From contig CALMKJ010000025.1 in NCBI GenBank assembly GCA_937867305.1, positions 12,196 to 76,195 on the forward strand: 64,000 nucleotides of DNA, in the 5' to 3' direction. Of the stretch, positions 10,116-18,821 are shown piece by piece. The notes beneath the pieces are model-generated. The model was given only the letters and a program-made list of their open reading frames with translations. It was not told the origin of the DNA and did not search any database. The DNA is from an uncultured Ectothiorhodospiraceae bacterium. Lineage in GTDB: Bacteria > Pseudomonadota > Gammaproteobacteria > JAABTG01. Position 1 is the stretch's first letter. Every line of letters begins with the position of its first letter. A program made the position numbers and the translations under genes.

Positions 10116-11210
10116 ATGCCTGAGCTCCTCTACCACCTCGCCGCCGCCCCCTTCGAGTCCGCCCGCCGGGTCGACATCCTTGACCCCGGGCACCGGGCGG
10201 CGCGTCTGCACGGCCACAGCTTCCTCGCCCGGGTGCGGGCCGAGCTGCCGGCGGGCTGGGCGGCGTTTCCCGGCGGGGAGACCGACGCCCTCGCCGCGGC
10301 GCTCGGGGCCTGCGTCGGGCAGCTCGACTACCGGGACCTGAACGAGGTCATCGCGGTGCCCACCGACGAGAACCTGGCCCGCTGGGTGCGTCGCTGCATC
10401 GAGGTCCCCGGTCTCGCCAGCGTCGGCGTCCAGAGCACCCGCGACCAGGGTGCGGAGCTCGACGCCGACGACCACGTCCACGTCTGGCGGCGCTTTCGCT
10501 TCGAGGCCGCCCACCGGCTGCCCAAGGTGCCCGAAGGCCACCCGTGCGGGCGGATGCACGGCCACGGCTTCGAGGTCATCCTGCACGCCGACCAGGACCT
10601 GGGGACGCGCGACCTGGGGGTGGACTTCGACCGGCTGGGGGCGCTCTGGGCGCCGTTCCAGGCCGAGCTCCACCACACCTGCCTGAACGACCTCCCGGGG
10701 CTCGAGAACCCGACCAGCGAGGGGCTCGCGGCGTGGCTCTGGCGCCGGCTGAAGCCGGCCCTCCCGGGGCTCTCGTGGGTCACCGTCTACGAGACCGCGA
10801 CTGCGGGCTGCCACTACGACGGGTTGCATTACCGGATCTGGAAGGAGCTCCGGTTCGAGAGCGCCCTGCGCCTGGTGCGGGCCCCCGAGGGTGACGCCCG
10901 CCGGCACCTGCACGGGCACAGCTATCTCGTGCGCCTGCACCTGACCGCCCCGCTCGACCGGGTGATGGGCTGGACGGTGGACTACGGGGACGTGAAGGAG
11001 GTCTTCAAGCCGACCTACCAGGCGCTCGACCACCATCTGCTGAACGAGCTCCCGGGTCTCGCGGACGCCGACCCGGGCACGCTGACCCGCTGGATCCGGG
11101 GCCGGGTGGCTCCCAGCCTGCCGGTGCTCGACCGGGTCGACCTCTACGCGACGCCGGGTTGCGGGGCGATGCTCAGCTGGGGCGAGCAGGGGCCCGCGCT
11201 GCCCACGTGA
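10116..11210 (+). CDS. queD: Triple-tandem 6-carboxytetrahydropterin synthase (QueD/PTPS T-fold) fusion protein
   Basis: Three roughly 120-aa repeats, each with an HGH zinc motif (LHGHSF, CGRMHGHGF, HLHGHSY) and the LDxxxLNExPTxENLAxW segment. Only repeat 2 keeps the catalytic Cys (HPCGRMHGH) and first zinc His (FEAAH). Overlaps queE by 4 nt. Confidence 0.75.
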   Translation: MPELLYHLAAAPFESARRVDILDPGHRAARLHGHSFLARVRAELPAGWAAFPGGETDALAAALGACVGQLDYRDLNEVIAVPTDENLARWVRRCIEVPGLASVGVQSTRDQGAELDADDHVHVWRRFRFEAAHRLPKVPEGHPCGRMHGHGFEVILHADQDLGTRDLGVDFDRLGALWAPFQAELHHTCLNDLPGLENPTSEGLAAWLWRRLKPALPGLSWVTVYETATAGCHYDGLHYRIWKELRFESALRLVRAPEGDARRHLHGHSYLVRLHLTAPLDRVMGWTVDYGDVKEVFKPTYQALDHHLLNELPGLADADPGTLTRWIRGRVAPSLPVLDRVDLYATPGCGAMLSWGEQGPALPT

Positions 11211-11854
11211 CCTATCGAGTCAAGGAGATCTACTACACCCTCCAGGGGGAAGGCGCCTGGACCGGCCGCGCGGCGGTGTTCTGTCGCTTCGCCGGCTGCA
11301 ACCTGTGGTCAGGGCGGGAGGAGGAACGGTCCGGGGCGGCCTGCCGTTTCTGCGACACCGACTTCGTGGGAACCGACGGTCCGGGAGGGGGCCGGTTCGC
11401 CGATGCCCACGCCCTGGCCGAGGCGGTCGGCCACGCCTGGGGGACGGGCGCAGGCGCGGGCTCGGGAGGGCGCCCGCTCGTCGTCTGTACCGGCGGCGAG
11501 CCCCTGCTGCAGCTCGACGAGGCCCTGGTCGACGCCTTGCACGCCGAGGGCCTCGAGGTGGCGGTGGAGACCAACGGGACCCGGCCGGCCCCGCCCGGGC
11601 TCGACTGGGTCTGCGTCAGTCCCAAAGCCGGCGTGCCGCTGGTCCTCGACTCGGGCGACGAGTTGAAGCTCGTCTACCCCCAGGAAGACGCGCCGCCCGT
11701 GGCCTACGAGCACCTGGCATTCCGGCACTTCTTTCTGCAGCCGATGGACGGGCCCGAGCGTGAGCGGAACACTGCGCTTGCGGTCCGCTACTGCCTCGCC
11801 CACCCGCGCTGGCGGCTCTCGCTGCAGACTCACAAGCTCATCGGGGTACCGTGA
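11207..11854 (+). CDS. queE: 7-carboxy-7-deazaguanine synthase (radical SAM)
   Basis: GTG at 11207 overlapping queD stop (GTGA). VKEIYYTLQGEGAWTGRAAVFCRFAGCNLWSGREEERSGAACRFCDTDF is the QueE CX14CX2C cluster. Confidence 0.8.
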   Translation: MTYRVKEIYYTLQGEGAWTGRAAVFCRFAGCNLWSGREEERSGAACRFCDTDFVGTDGPGGGRFADAHALAEAVGHAWGTGAGAGSGGRPLVVCTGGEPLLQLDEALVDALHAEGLEVAVETNGTRPAPPGLDWVCVSPKAGVPLVLDSGDELKLVYPQEDAPPVAYEHLAFRHFFLQPMDGPERERNTALAVRYCLAHPRWRLSLQTHKLIGVP

Positions 11855-11969
11855 GGGGAGGGGTGTGCTCGTGGCGCTGCTCGCGTGCGCGGCGCTCGAT
11901 GTGCTGGAGGGCGAAGCCCAGCAATCCGAAGGAGGCCAGCGCACCGAAGAGGAACAGGGTTGCGGTCAT
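11838..11969 (-). CDS. Hypothetical 43-aa single-TM micro-protein
   Basis: ATG 11969 preceded by AGAGAGG RBS. MTATLFLFGALASFGLLGFALQHIERRAREQRHEHTPPLTVPR: one TM helix plus basic tail. Lies downstream of ampG and overlaps the queE 3' end convergently. Confidence 0.3.
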   Translation of the reverse strand: MTATLFLFGALASFGLLGFALQHIERRAREQRHEHTPPLTVPR

Positions 11970-12084
11970 GGGAACCTCTCTCGTGATGGATATCAGATAC
12001 ATAGGCGTGCCATGCCGGTTGCGCCAGGTCGAGGTTCACAGCTTGTGACGCAGTGCCCGGATATGGGGTCTTCCGGCTCGCCCC

Positions 12085-13380
12085 TCACGGGCTCGCCGGT
12101 TCCGGGGCCTTCGACGGCGTGGCTTCGCCCGGAGCACCTGCCGCGCGGGGCGTCAGCCACAGCAGGAGCAGGAGGCCGGGTATGGCGGCGACCGTGCTCG
12201 CCGCGAAGAAGGGGATCCAGCCGAGCCCCTGGGCCAGTGCGCCGCCAGCGGCGGACAGCGTGGTGCGCGCCACCGCCGCCAGGGAGGAGAGCAGGGCGTA
12301 CTGGGTCGCGGTGTAGGCGAGGCTGCAGAGGCTCGAAAGGTACGCGACGAACGCCGCGGACCCCATGCCGCCGGTGAGGTTCTCCACGCCGATGGTCACC
12401 ATGAGCATCGGGACCGAGTGACCCACCAGCGCCTGGGCTGCGAACATCAGGTTCGACAGCATCTGCAGGACCCCGGTGACGAGGAGCGCGCGCATCACCC
12501 CCAGCCGGTAGACGATGGCGCCTCCGGCCAGTACCCCCGCGATGGTGGCTGCGACGCCGAACACCTTGCTGACGTTGGCGATCTCGATCCGGCTGAATCC
12601 CATGTCCACGTAGAAGGCACTGGTCATGACCCCCGCCAGCGCGTCACCGAGCTTGAACAGGAGGATGAAGACCAGGATCGGCACCCAGTGCGCGCGCCTG
12701 GCGAGATCGACCAGTGGGTCGAGGAAGGCCGCCCGCAGCCACTGGGCGGGGGCCTGGGCACCCGCTCGCCCCGGCGAGACCGACGGTTCGGGGGTCGCCC
12801 AGACCACCGCCATGGCGGGGAGCAACAGCAGGGCCATCCCCGAATAGGCGACCGCCCATCCGAAGAACTCCGCCAGATACAGGGCCCCGGCGCCGGATGC
12901 GACCATGCCCAGGCGGTAGCCGACTTGCGTGGCGGCCGCGCCCGCACCCTGCTCCCGCTCGTCGAGGAGTTCCACGCGGAAGGCATCGATGACCACGTCC
13001 TGACTCGCGGAGAGGAAGGCCACGGTGACGGCGGCGATGGCGGTTGCGAGTGGTGCTCCGGCCGGGTCGCTGCCCGCGAGCACCAGGATCGCGGCGAAGA
13101 GGGCGGCCTGGACGAAGAGCGTCCAGCTCCGCCGGCGCCCCATGCGGCTTCCGAGCCACGGCAGCCGCACCTGGTCCAGGAGGGGTGCCCAGAGGAACTT
13201 GACGTTGTAGGCGAGCCCCACCAGCGCGAAGAGACCGATGGCCGTGAGTGACAGGCCGTCCTGGCGCATCCAGACGGCAAGCGTCGCGCCGGTCAGGGCG
13301 AGCGGCAGGCCGCTCGCGAACCCCATGACGAGGATCGCGAGCATTCGGGGGTCACGGTAGAGTCTCAGTGACGAGGACAC
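12085..13380 (-). CDS. ampG: AmpG family muropeptide MFS permease
   Basis: 12 TM MFS with the AmpG-type N-terminus (MLAILVMGFASGLPLALTGATLAVWMRQDGLSLTAIGLFALVGLAYNVKFLWAPLLD). Confidence 0.8.
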   Translation of the reverse strand: MSSSLRLYRDPRMLAILVMGFASGLPLALTGATLAVWMRQDGLSLTAIGLFALVGLAYNVKFLWAPLLDQVRLPWLGSRMGRRRSWTLFVQAALFAAILVLAGSDPAGAPLATAIAAVTVAFLSASQDVVIDAFRVELLDEREQGAGAAATQVGYRLGMVASGAGALYLAEFFGWAVAYSGMALLLLPAMAVVWATPEPSVSPGRAGAQAPAQWLRAAFLDPLVDLARRAHWVPILVFILLFKLGDALAGVMTSAFYVDMGFSRIEIANVSKVFGVAATIAGVLAGGAIVYRLGVMRALLVTGVLQMLSNLMFAAQALVGHSVPMLMVTIGVENLTGGMGSAAFVAYLSSLCSLAYTATQYALLSSLAAVARTTLSAAGGALAQGLGWIPFFAASTVAAIPGLLLLLWLTPRAAGAPGEATPSKAPEPASP

Positions 13381-13419
13381 GGACGCCGGCGGCCGCTGTC
13401 GGCCGCCGTGGGGAGAGGG

Positions 13420-13902
13420 TCAGGCGTCTCGTCGCGAAGGGCCGCGAGAGAGTGCCAGCTCCCCTCCGGCCCGCACGGTCCACGTGGCGAGCTTTCCGAT
13501 CAGGAGGAGAAGCAGGATCGCGAGGGCCCAGGCGAGGAAGTACGAGAGCCGGAACGGCTCTTCCGGGGTTTGCTGCGCGGCCGAGGTGCCTGCTTTGCCC
13601 CCGCCCTCGCTGGCTGCGGGCGGGCGGGAAACGAGGAGCGAGTCCACGTGAGAGGCATGGTCGATGACGCGCGCCAGGCGGTCGATGGCCGCCGGCTGCT
13701 GGTACAGCCCCCAGGCCTCGAAGACCACCTTCACCCCGGCCCAGAGACCCACCAGGACGAGGGCGATGCCCACCAGGCGGACGAAGGCGTTGGTGGTCCT
13801 CGACGCGAGCAGGGAAAGGTCGACTCCCCTGGGTGCCGCCTCCCGCTCGCGGGCATCTTGGGGGGCTCTTTCGTCCCGGTCCTGGTAAGCCATGGCGGTC
13901 AC
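13420..13902 (-). CDS. Hypothetical two-TM membrane protein
   Basis: 160-aa ORF with two hydrophobic helices (LVGIALVLVGLWAGVKVVF; FLAWALAILLLLLIGKLA) between ampG and mrcA. No recognisable domain. Confidence 0.45.
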   Translation of the reverse strand: MTAMAYQDRDERAPQDAREREAAPRGVDLSLLASRTTNAFVRLVGIALVLVGLWAGVKVVFEAWGLYQQPAAIDRLARVIDHASHVDSLLVSRPPAASEGGGKAGTSAAQQTPEEPFRLSYFLAWALAILLLLLIGKLATWTVRAGGELALSRGPSRRDA

Positions 13903-13981
13903 CTCCTTCTCTCGGTCGTGTACGCAAGTGTACCAGCAGTCGCGCCCGCGCCACGCGTGCAGTCCGGTCGCCCGGCCGCGA

Positions 13982-16393
13982 TCAGAAGAGCTCCTCGGTC
14001 ACTCTCGACGGTGGGGCCCGGCGCAAGGGTGAATCCTCCGGGGACGTCTCCCCGAAGTCATAGCTCTCGGCCGGCTCCACGGGCGCGAGCTCGACCGGGA
14101 AGGTCTCGACGACCGCGTTCGCCTGGCCGGGGTACGCCAGCTCCCCCGTGTGCGGGTCGATGCGGGCGGTCACCATGTCGGGAGGCGTGGGGGGCAGCTC
14201 GTCGGGGACTCCGGCGAGAGCGGTGCGCATGAAGTCGACCCACATGGGCAGCGCGGCCTTGCCCCCGGTTTCTCCCCGCCCCAGGGGCTGCAACTGGTCG
14301 AATCCGACCCAGGCGACCGCCACCAGGGCGCGGTTGAAGCCCGCGAACCAGGCGTCCTGGAAGTCGTTGGTCGTTCCAGTCTTTCCCGCGAGGTCCTTGC
14401 GCTTGAGGGAGAGCGCGGCGCGCGCGGTTCCCCGCCGGATCACGTCACCCAGCATCGAGTACATCGTCCAGGCGTTGCGCGGGTCGAGCACACGCTGGGT
14501 GTTCGTCGAGGTGTCCGGGGGACGCGCACCCGAGACCGGCGTGGTGCGTGGGCTCGCACACTCGGGGCACGCCCGGGCCGGCGACGTGGCGAAGACGACG
14601 GTGCCCGCGCTGTCCTCGACCCGGTCGATGAAGTGGGGCTCCACCCGGAACCCGCCGTTGGCAAAGACCGCGTAGGCGCCCGCGAGCTCGAGCGGGGTCA
14701 CGTCCCCGGTGCCGAGCGCGAGGGAGAGGTTGCGGGGGAGTCGGCCGGGGTCCAGCCCGAACAGCCGGCTGTGGCCGACCGTGAAGTCCACGCCAATCTG
14801 TTCCAGCAGCCTGATGGCCACGATGTTGCGCGAATGAGCGAGGGCCTCGCGCAGACGGGTCGGCCCGTGGAACTCGTTGTCGTAATTGGCCGGACGCCAG
14901 GTCTTGCCGGTGCCGGCGTCGAAATAGGAGATCGGCTCGTCCACGATGACGGTGCCGGCGGTCAGACCGCGCTCCAGCGCCGCGGAGTAGATGAAGGGCT
15001 TGAAGCTCGACCCCGGCTGGCGCTGCGCCTGGACCGCGCGGTTGAACTGGCTCTGGGCGAAGTCGAAGCCGCCGACGAGCGCGCGCACCGCGCCATCGTT
15101 GGGGTCCAGGGCCACCAGCGCCCCCTCCGCTGTGGGCAGCTGGGCCAGGCGCCACGCGTTTCCGGCTCGCCGAACCCGGACGATGTCGCCGGGCTGGACG
15201 ACGTCGGATGCCCGCCGGGGAGCGGTGCCCCGCCGGTCGGCGTCCAGGTAACGACGGGCCCAAGACAGGCCTGCCCATTCCAGCCGGACCTCCCCCACGT
15301 CCCGGACATGGGTGGTGGCGCCGCGCTCCGTGACCGAGAGGACGAGCGCGGGCAGCAGGTCTCCTGTGGGAGCGGAATGGGCGAGCCTCTCCTCCCAATC
15401 CCGCCAGTCCCCTGCAGTCTCCGTCCGGCCCTCGGGACCGCGGTACCCGTGGCGCTCGTCGTAGGCCTCGAGGGCTCCGCGCAGGGCGGCCACGGCAGCC
15501 GCCTGCCAACCACTGTCCACCGTGGTGTACACCCGCAGGCCCGCCGCGTAGGCATCCTCGCCGAGTCGGCTCTCGAGAAAGGCCCGGGTCATCTCTGCCA
15601 GGTTGGGCGCGTCCACCTCGGCGACCACCCCCCGCAGACGCGCGCCGTCCGGGCTCTGGACCGCCGCGCGGAAGGTCTCCTGGTCGATCCAGCTCAGCTC
15701 GAACAGCCGGCGCAGGACGTAGTTGCGCCGTTGCACCGCCTGCGCGGGCGCCGTGATGGGGTTCAGGCGGGACGGGGCCTGGGGCAGCCCCGCGATCATG
15801 GCCACCTCGGCCAGCGTGAGGTCCCGGAGGTCCTTGCCGTAGTAGGCCTGGGCCGCCGCGGCGACGCCGTAGGCCCGCTGACCGAAGAAGGTCTTGTTCA
15901 GGTAGAGCTCGAGGATCTCTTCCTTGCTGAGGGTCTGCTCGATCCGCAGCGACAGGAGGATCTCGTTCAGCTTGCGCCCGAAGGTCTTCTCCCGGCCGAG
16001 GAAGAACTGCCGGGCCACCTGCATGGTGATGGTGCTGCCGCCCTGGCTCCGGTCGCCCGTCTTGACGAGATGCAGGGCCGCGCGGGCGATTCCGTGCCAG
16101 TCCACTCCGGGGTGGTCGAAGAAGTGCGCGTCCTCGGCGGCGAGCACGGCCCGCACCAGCATGGGTGGCACCTCGTCGAGGGTCACCGGGGCCCGGCGCT
16201 CGCTTCCGAACTCGGCCACCAGACGGCCGTCGCGAGAGTAGACGCGCAAGGGGACCGGTAGACGCACTTCCCGCAGGCTCTCGGGGGATGGCAACCCCGC
16301 TGCAAGGTACCCGAGCATCGCGGGCACGAGGACGAGCCCGCCGAGCCCGGCCAACAAGAGCACGTTGTAGGGAAAACGCAGAAACCTGATCAC
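13982..16393 (-). CDS. mrcA: Penicillin-binding protein 1A (bifunctional transglycosylase/transpeptidase)
   Basis: GT51 motifs (EDAHFFDHPGVD, GGSTITMQVARQFF, RKLNEILLSLRIE) and transpeptidase motifs (SSFKPF, SRN, KTGTTND). GTG at 16393 gives the PBP1A-like N-terminus VIRFLRFPYNVLLLAG...; ATG at 16648 would overlap the upstream gene by 86 bp. Confidence 0.85.
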   Translation of the reverse strand: MIRFLRFPYNVLLLAGLGGLVLVPAMLGYLAAGLPSPESLREVRLPVPLRVYSRDGRLVAEFGSERRAPVTLDEVPPMLVRAVLAAEDAHFFDHPGVDWHGIARAALHLVKTGDRSQGGSTITMQVARQFFLGREKTFGRKLNEILLSLRIEQTLSKEEILELYLNKTFFGQRAYGVAAAAQAYYGKDLRDLTLAEVAMIAGLPQAPSRLNPITAPAQAVQRRNYVLRRLFELSWIDQETFRAAVQSPDGARLRGVVAEVDAPNLAEMTRAFLESRLGEDAYAAGLRVYTTVDSGWQAAAVAALRGALEAYDERHGYRGPEGRTETAGDWRDWEERLAHSAPTGDLLPALVLSVTERGATTHVRDVGEVRLEWAGLSWARRYLDADRRGTAPRRASDVVQPGDIVRVRRAGNAWRLAQLPTAEGALVALDPNDGAVRALVGGFDFAQSQFNRAVQAQRQPGSSFKPFIYSAALERGLTAGTVIVDEPISYFDAGTGKTWRPANYDNEFHGPTRLREALAHSRNIVAIRLLEQIGVDFTVGHSRLFGLDPGRLPRNLSLALGTGDVTPLELAGAYAVFANGGFRVEPHFIDRVEDSAGTVVFATSPARACPECASPRTTPVSGARPPDTSTNTQRVLDPRNAWTMYSMLGDVIRRGTARAALSLKRKDLAGKTGTTNDFQDAWFAGFNRALVAVAWVGFDQLQPLGRGETGGKAALPMWVDFMRTALAGVPDELPPTPPDMVTARIDPHTGELAYPGQANAVVETFPVELAPVEPAESYDFGETSPEDSPLRRAPPSRVTEELF

Positions 16394-16562
16394 GGGGCGG
16401 TCCGGGTCGTGGGGCGGTGCGGACCTGCCCTGCAGGCCGCTTGCGGCGCGGCATAGTCTAGCAGCGGTGCCGGCCGCGGCAGCAGCGGGAGGCTCCGCGT
16501 CCCACCGTCCCGTGGCGAGCAGGCGGTTTCGGGTCGGGGCTGCGGGGCCCCGTTCGGCCGCC

Positions 16563-18614
16563 TCAGTACCGGGCCGGTGCGGGCCAGTCGGTCGGCCGGT
16601 ATCCGATACAGCGCCAGGCGTAGAAGGTCCGCACCGGTTTGCCGTCACGGGTTTTCGCCGGGAGGGGGGCGAGCGCCGTGCAGGCGCTGAAGGCCCGGTC
16701 CAGAGTTTCCGGCGGTTTCGGCCGGAGGGAGACGAAGAGGCCCGTGCGGCCTGCCTCCCGCTCCGGCCCCGGCCAGAGGTCGTACTGGCTCATGCGCCGG
16801 CCGGACTCGCCGGCGAGGTAGACGGGCGGCCGCCCCGGCCAATAGAACGCGAGCTCGCTCGCCAGCGTGTAGCGCGGGGCGAGGAGGAAGTCGATCGGTC
16901 CGGCCCGCTCGGCGAGCTCGGCCAGGGGCGCGCGCCAGGCCTTCATCTCCGCGAACGGGTCGCGGGCACCCCGCAGGCCGGCGGTGCCGGGAAAATGAGC
17001 CAGGACGGTGAGGGCGAGCCCGAGGACCATCGTGGCGCGCAGGGTGTTCCGACCCGGCCGGGAAAGCCCGGGTGCCCGGGCGCCGAGAAGGAGCACCAGC
17101 CCGAGGTAACCCGGGGTGGGCCAGTTCATCTGGACCTTGCTCCAGGCCGCCTTCAGGGCGTTGAGTCCGAGGGTCGCTACCGACACGGCCCATAGCAGAC
17201 GTGGCCCGTGTCCGGCCGGGGCCCTCCACAGCCTGGTCATGGCCACGCCCGCGACGAGGGGCAGGGCGGCAGCCGCCTGCCCGAGCAGGAGTTCCAGCAG
17301 ATTGCCCCGCTCGTCCGGACCCAGGAGGTGGCCCTGGTCGTGGCGCAGCAGGACCCAATCGTGGCTTGCGTTCCAGGCGAGGACGGGGGCCGCGAGGGCC
17401 AGGGCGAGTGCCCCCCCTGCCCAGGGGTGCATCGTTCGGAGGGTGGGCCGGGCGCCCGGGCTGAGGAAGAGCAGTGGGGCCGCGAAGAGGGGCAGGAGCA
17501 GGATCGAGAGCTTCGTCAGCACACCCAGCCCCAGGGCCGTACCGAGCAGGTACCACCCGGCAGGCTCGCCCCGCTCCGCGACGCGCCATGCTCCCCAGAG
17601 GCCCAGCGTCCAGAGGGGCAGCAGCAGGGCGTCCGTGGTCATGACGCCGCCGAGCAGGAAGAGCAGGGGCGTCGAGAGTGCGAGGGACGTGGCCCACCAG
17701 GCGGCCCGCAGGGAGCCGGAGACCTCTCGGGTCGCCAGGAAGGTCACGACCAGGAAGCCGTCGAAGGCGAGCCAGGCCGGCAGCCGGACCTGCCACTCGC
17801 CGTCACCGAGCCATGCCGTGCTGGCCGCGATGAGCCAGGCGACCAGCGGGCCCTTGGAGTAGTAGCTCCAGTCGAGATGCCGGGACCAGCCCCAGTACTG
17901 GGCCTCGTCGAAGTGGAGCTCGAGGCCGGCAGCGTGCTGGAGTGCTGCGCGAACGAGCGGCTGGACGACGAGCAGCAGCAGGAAGGCGAGGCGGTGGGAG
18001 TGCGGGATGGCGTCGGCGGGGCGGGGAGGGTCGACGACCGCGCGGGACGCGGTGCGTTCCCCGATGCACAGCCGAAGCCGGCAGGCGACGGCCGCGCCGA
18101 GGATCCCGAGGAGCGCACCCACCGCGAGGCCGGCGAGGACCTGGCTGGGGTAGTGCCGGCCGAGGTACACGCGGGAGGTGGCGACCAGCCCGGTCGCCAG
18201 AGCGAGGGCCCGGTGCCAGCCGGTCCACGGCGTCGAGCGGGCGACCAGGACCGTGGCCAGGGCGAAGTTCAGGGTGTGATTGGAGACCGCCCCGTTCCCC
18301 ACCACGGCGCAGGCGCGCCGTGCCCCGGCCCCCGGGCCTTCCTCGTACACCTCGAGGATGGAGCAGGGCCGCGGCTCGTGCACCACCCGCTTCAGGGCAT
18401 TTCCGACCTGGTCTCCGAACGCCACCGCGAGGACCAGGAAGACCGCCAGGGCGAGGCCGCGCTTGCCCTCCCGGCGCGCTGAATCCAGCAGGAGCCATCC
18501 GGCCAGGGGAAAGGAGAAGGTCCAACGGTCCGAGAGCCAGACGAAGAAGGGGTCGAGGAGGGGAGAGGCCCACCTCTCGCTCAGCCAGAGCACGAGCGAC
18601 TCGTCCAGGTTCAT
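16563..18614 (-). CDS. PAP2 phosphatase fused to GT39/ArnT-like glycosyltransferase
   Basis: N-terminus carries PAP2 motifs (KRVVHEPRP; SNHT; SRVYLGRHYPSQV). C-terminal 450 aa are polytopic membrane with HFDEAQYW and ArnT/PMT-like loops. Start ATG 18614. Confidence 0.7.
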   Translation of the reverse strand: MNLDESLVLWLSERWASPLLDPFFVWLSDRWTFSFPLAGWLLLDSARREGKRGLALAVFLVLAVAFGDQVGNALKRVVHEPRPCSILEVYEEGPGAGARRACAVVGNGAVSNHTLNFALATVLVARSTPWTGWHRALALATGLVATSRVYLGRHYPSQVLAGLAVGALLGILGAAVACRLRLCIGERTASRAVVDPPRPADAIPHSHRLAFLLLLVVQPLVRAALQHAAGLELHFDEAQYWGWSRHLDWSYYSKGPLVAWLIAASTAWLGDGEWQVRLPAWLAFDGFLVVTFLATREVSGSLRAAWWATSLALSTPLLFLLGGVMTTDALLLPLWTLGLWGAWRVAERGEPAGWYLLGTALGLGVLTKLSILLLPLFAAPLLFLSPGARPTLRTMHPWAGGALALALAAPVLAWNASHDWVLLRHDQGHLLGPDERGNLLELLLGQAAAALPLVAGVAMTRLWRAPAGHGPRLLWAVSVATLGLNALKAAWSKVQMNWPTPGYLGLVLLLGARAPGLSRPGRNTLRATMVLGLALTVLAHFPGTAGLRGARDPFAEMKAWRAPLAELAERAGPIDFLLAPRYTLASELAFYWPGRPPVYLAGESGRRMSQYDLWPGPEREAGRTGLFVSLRPKPPETLDRAFSACTALAPLPAKTRDGKPVRTFYAWRCIGYRPTDWPAPARY

Positions 18615-18821
18615 CGGGTGGGAGTGCCCTCCGGTGGCTGGGGGTGACTGCGTGACACGTGGGCCCGGCAGGCGAGGGTCCGTGCGCGGCGAGTGGAGCA
18701 CAGACCCGCCAGGGAGTATAGGCCACGGTCCGAGCGCCTGGCCTCGGGGGAAGGGACAACGCCCGCGGGCGGTCTGTCGGTGCGGGTCCCGGGCCTCGCG
18801 CGCGGGACCCGCAGGGACAGG

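Noticed and set aside
14150-16261. 703-aa ORF on the plus strand antisense to mrcA, and similar long ORFs elsewhere (19535-21781, 47006-49546, 60711-62663, 7250-9925)
   Set aside because: They are antisense to genes with strong homology, are extremely Arg/Gly/Pro-rich and have no domains. These are typical high-GC shadow ORFs.
16394-16648. ATG 16648 as mrcA start
   Set aside because: It would add a Pro/Ala/Arg-rich 85-aa leader and overlap the upstream gene by 86 bp. GTG 16393 yields the canonical PBP1A N-terminal TM segment.
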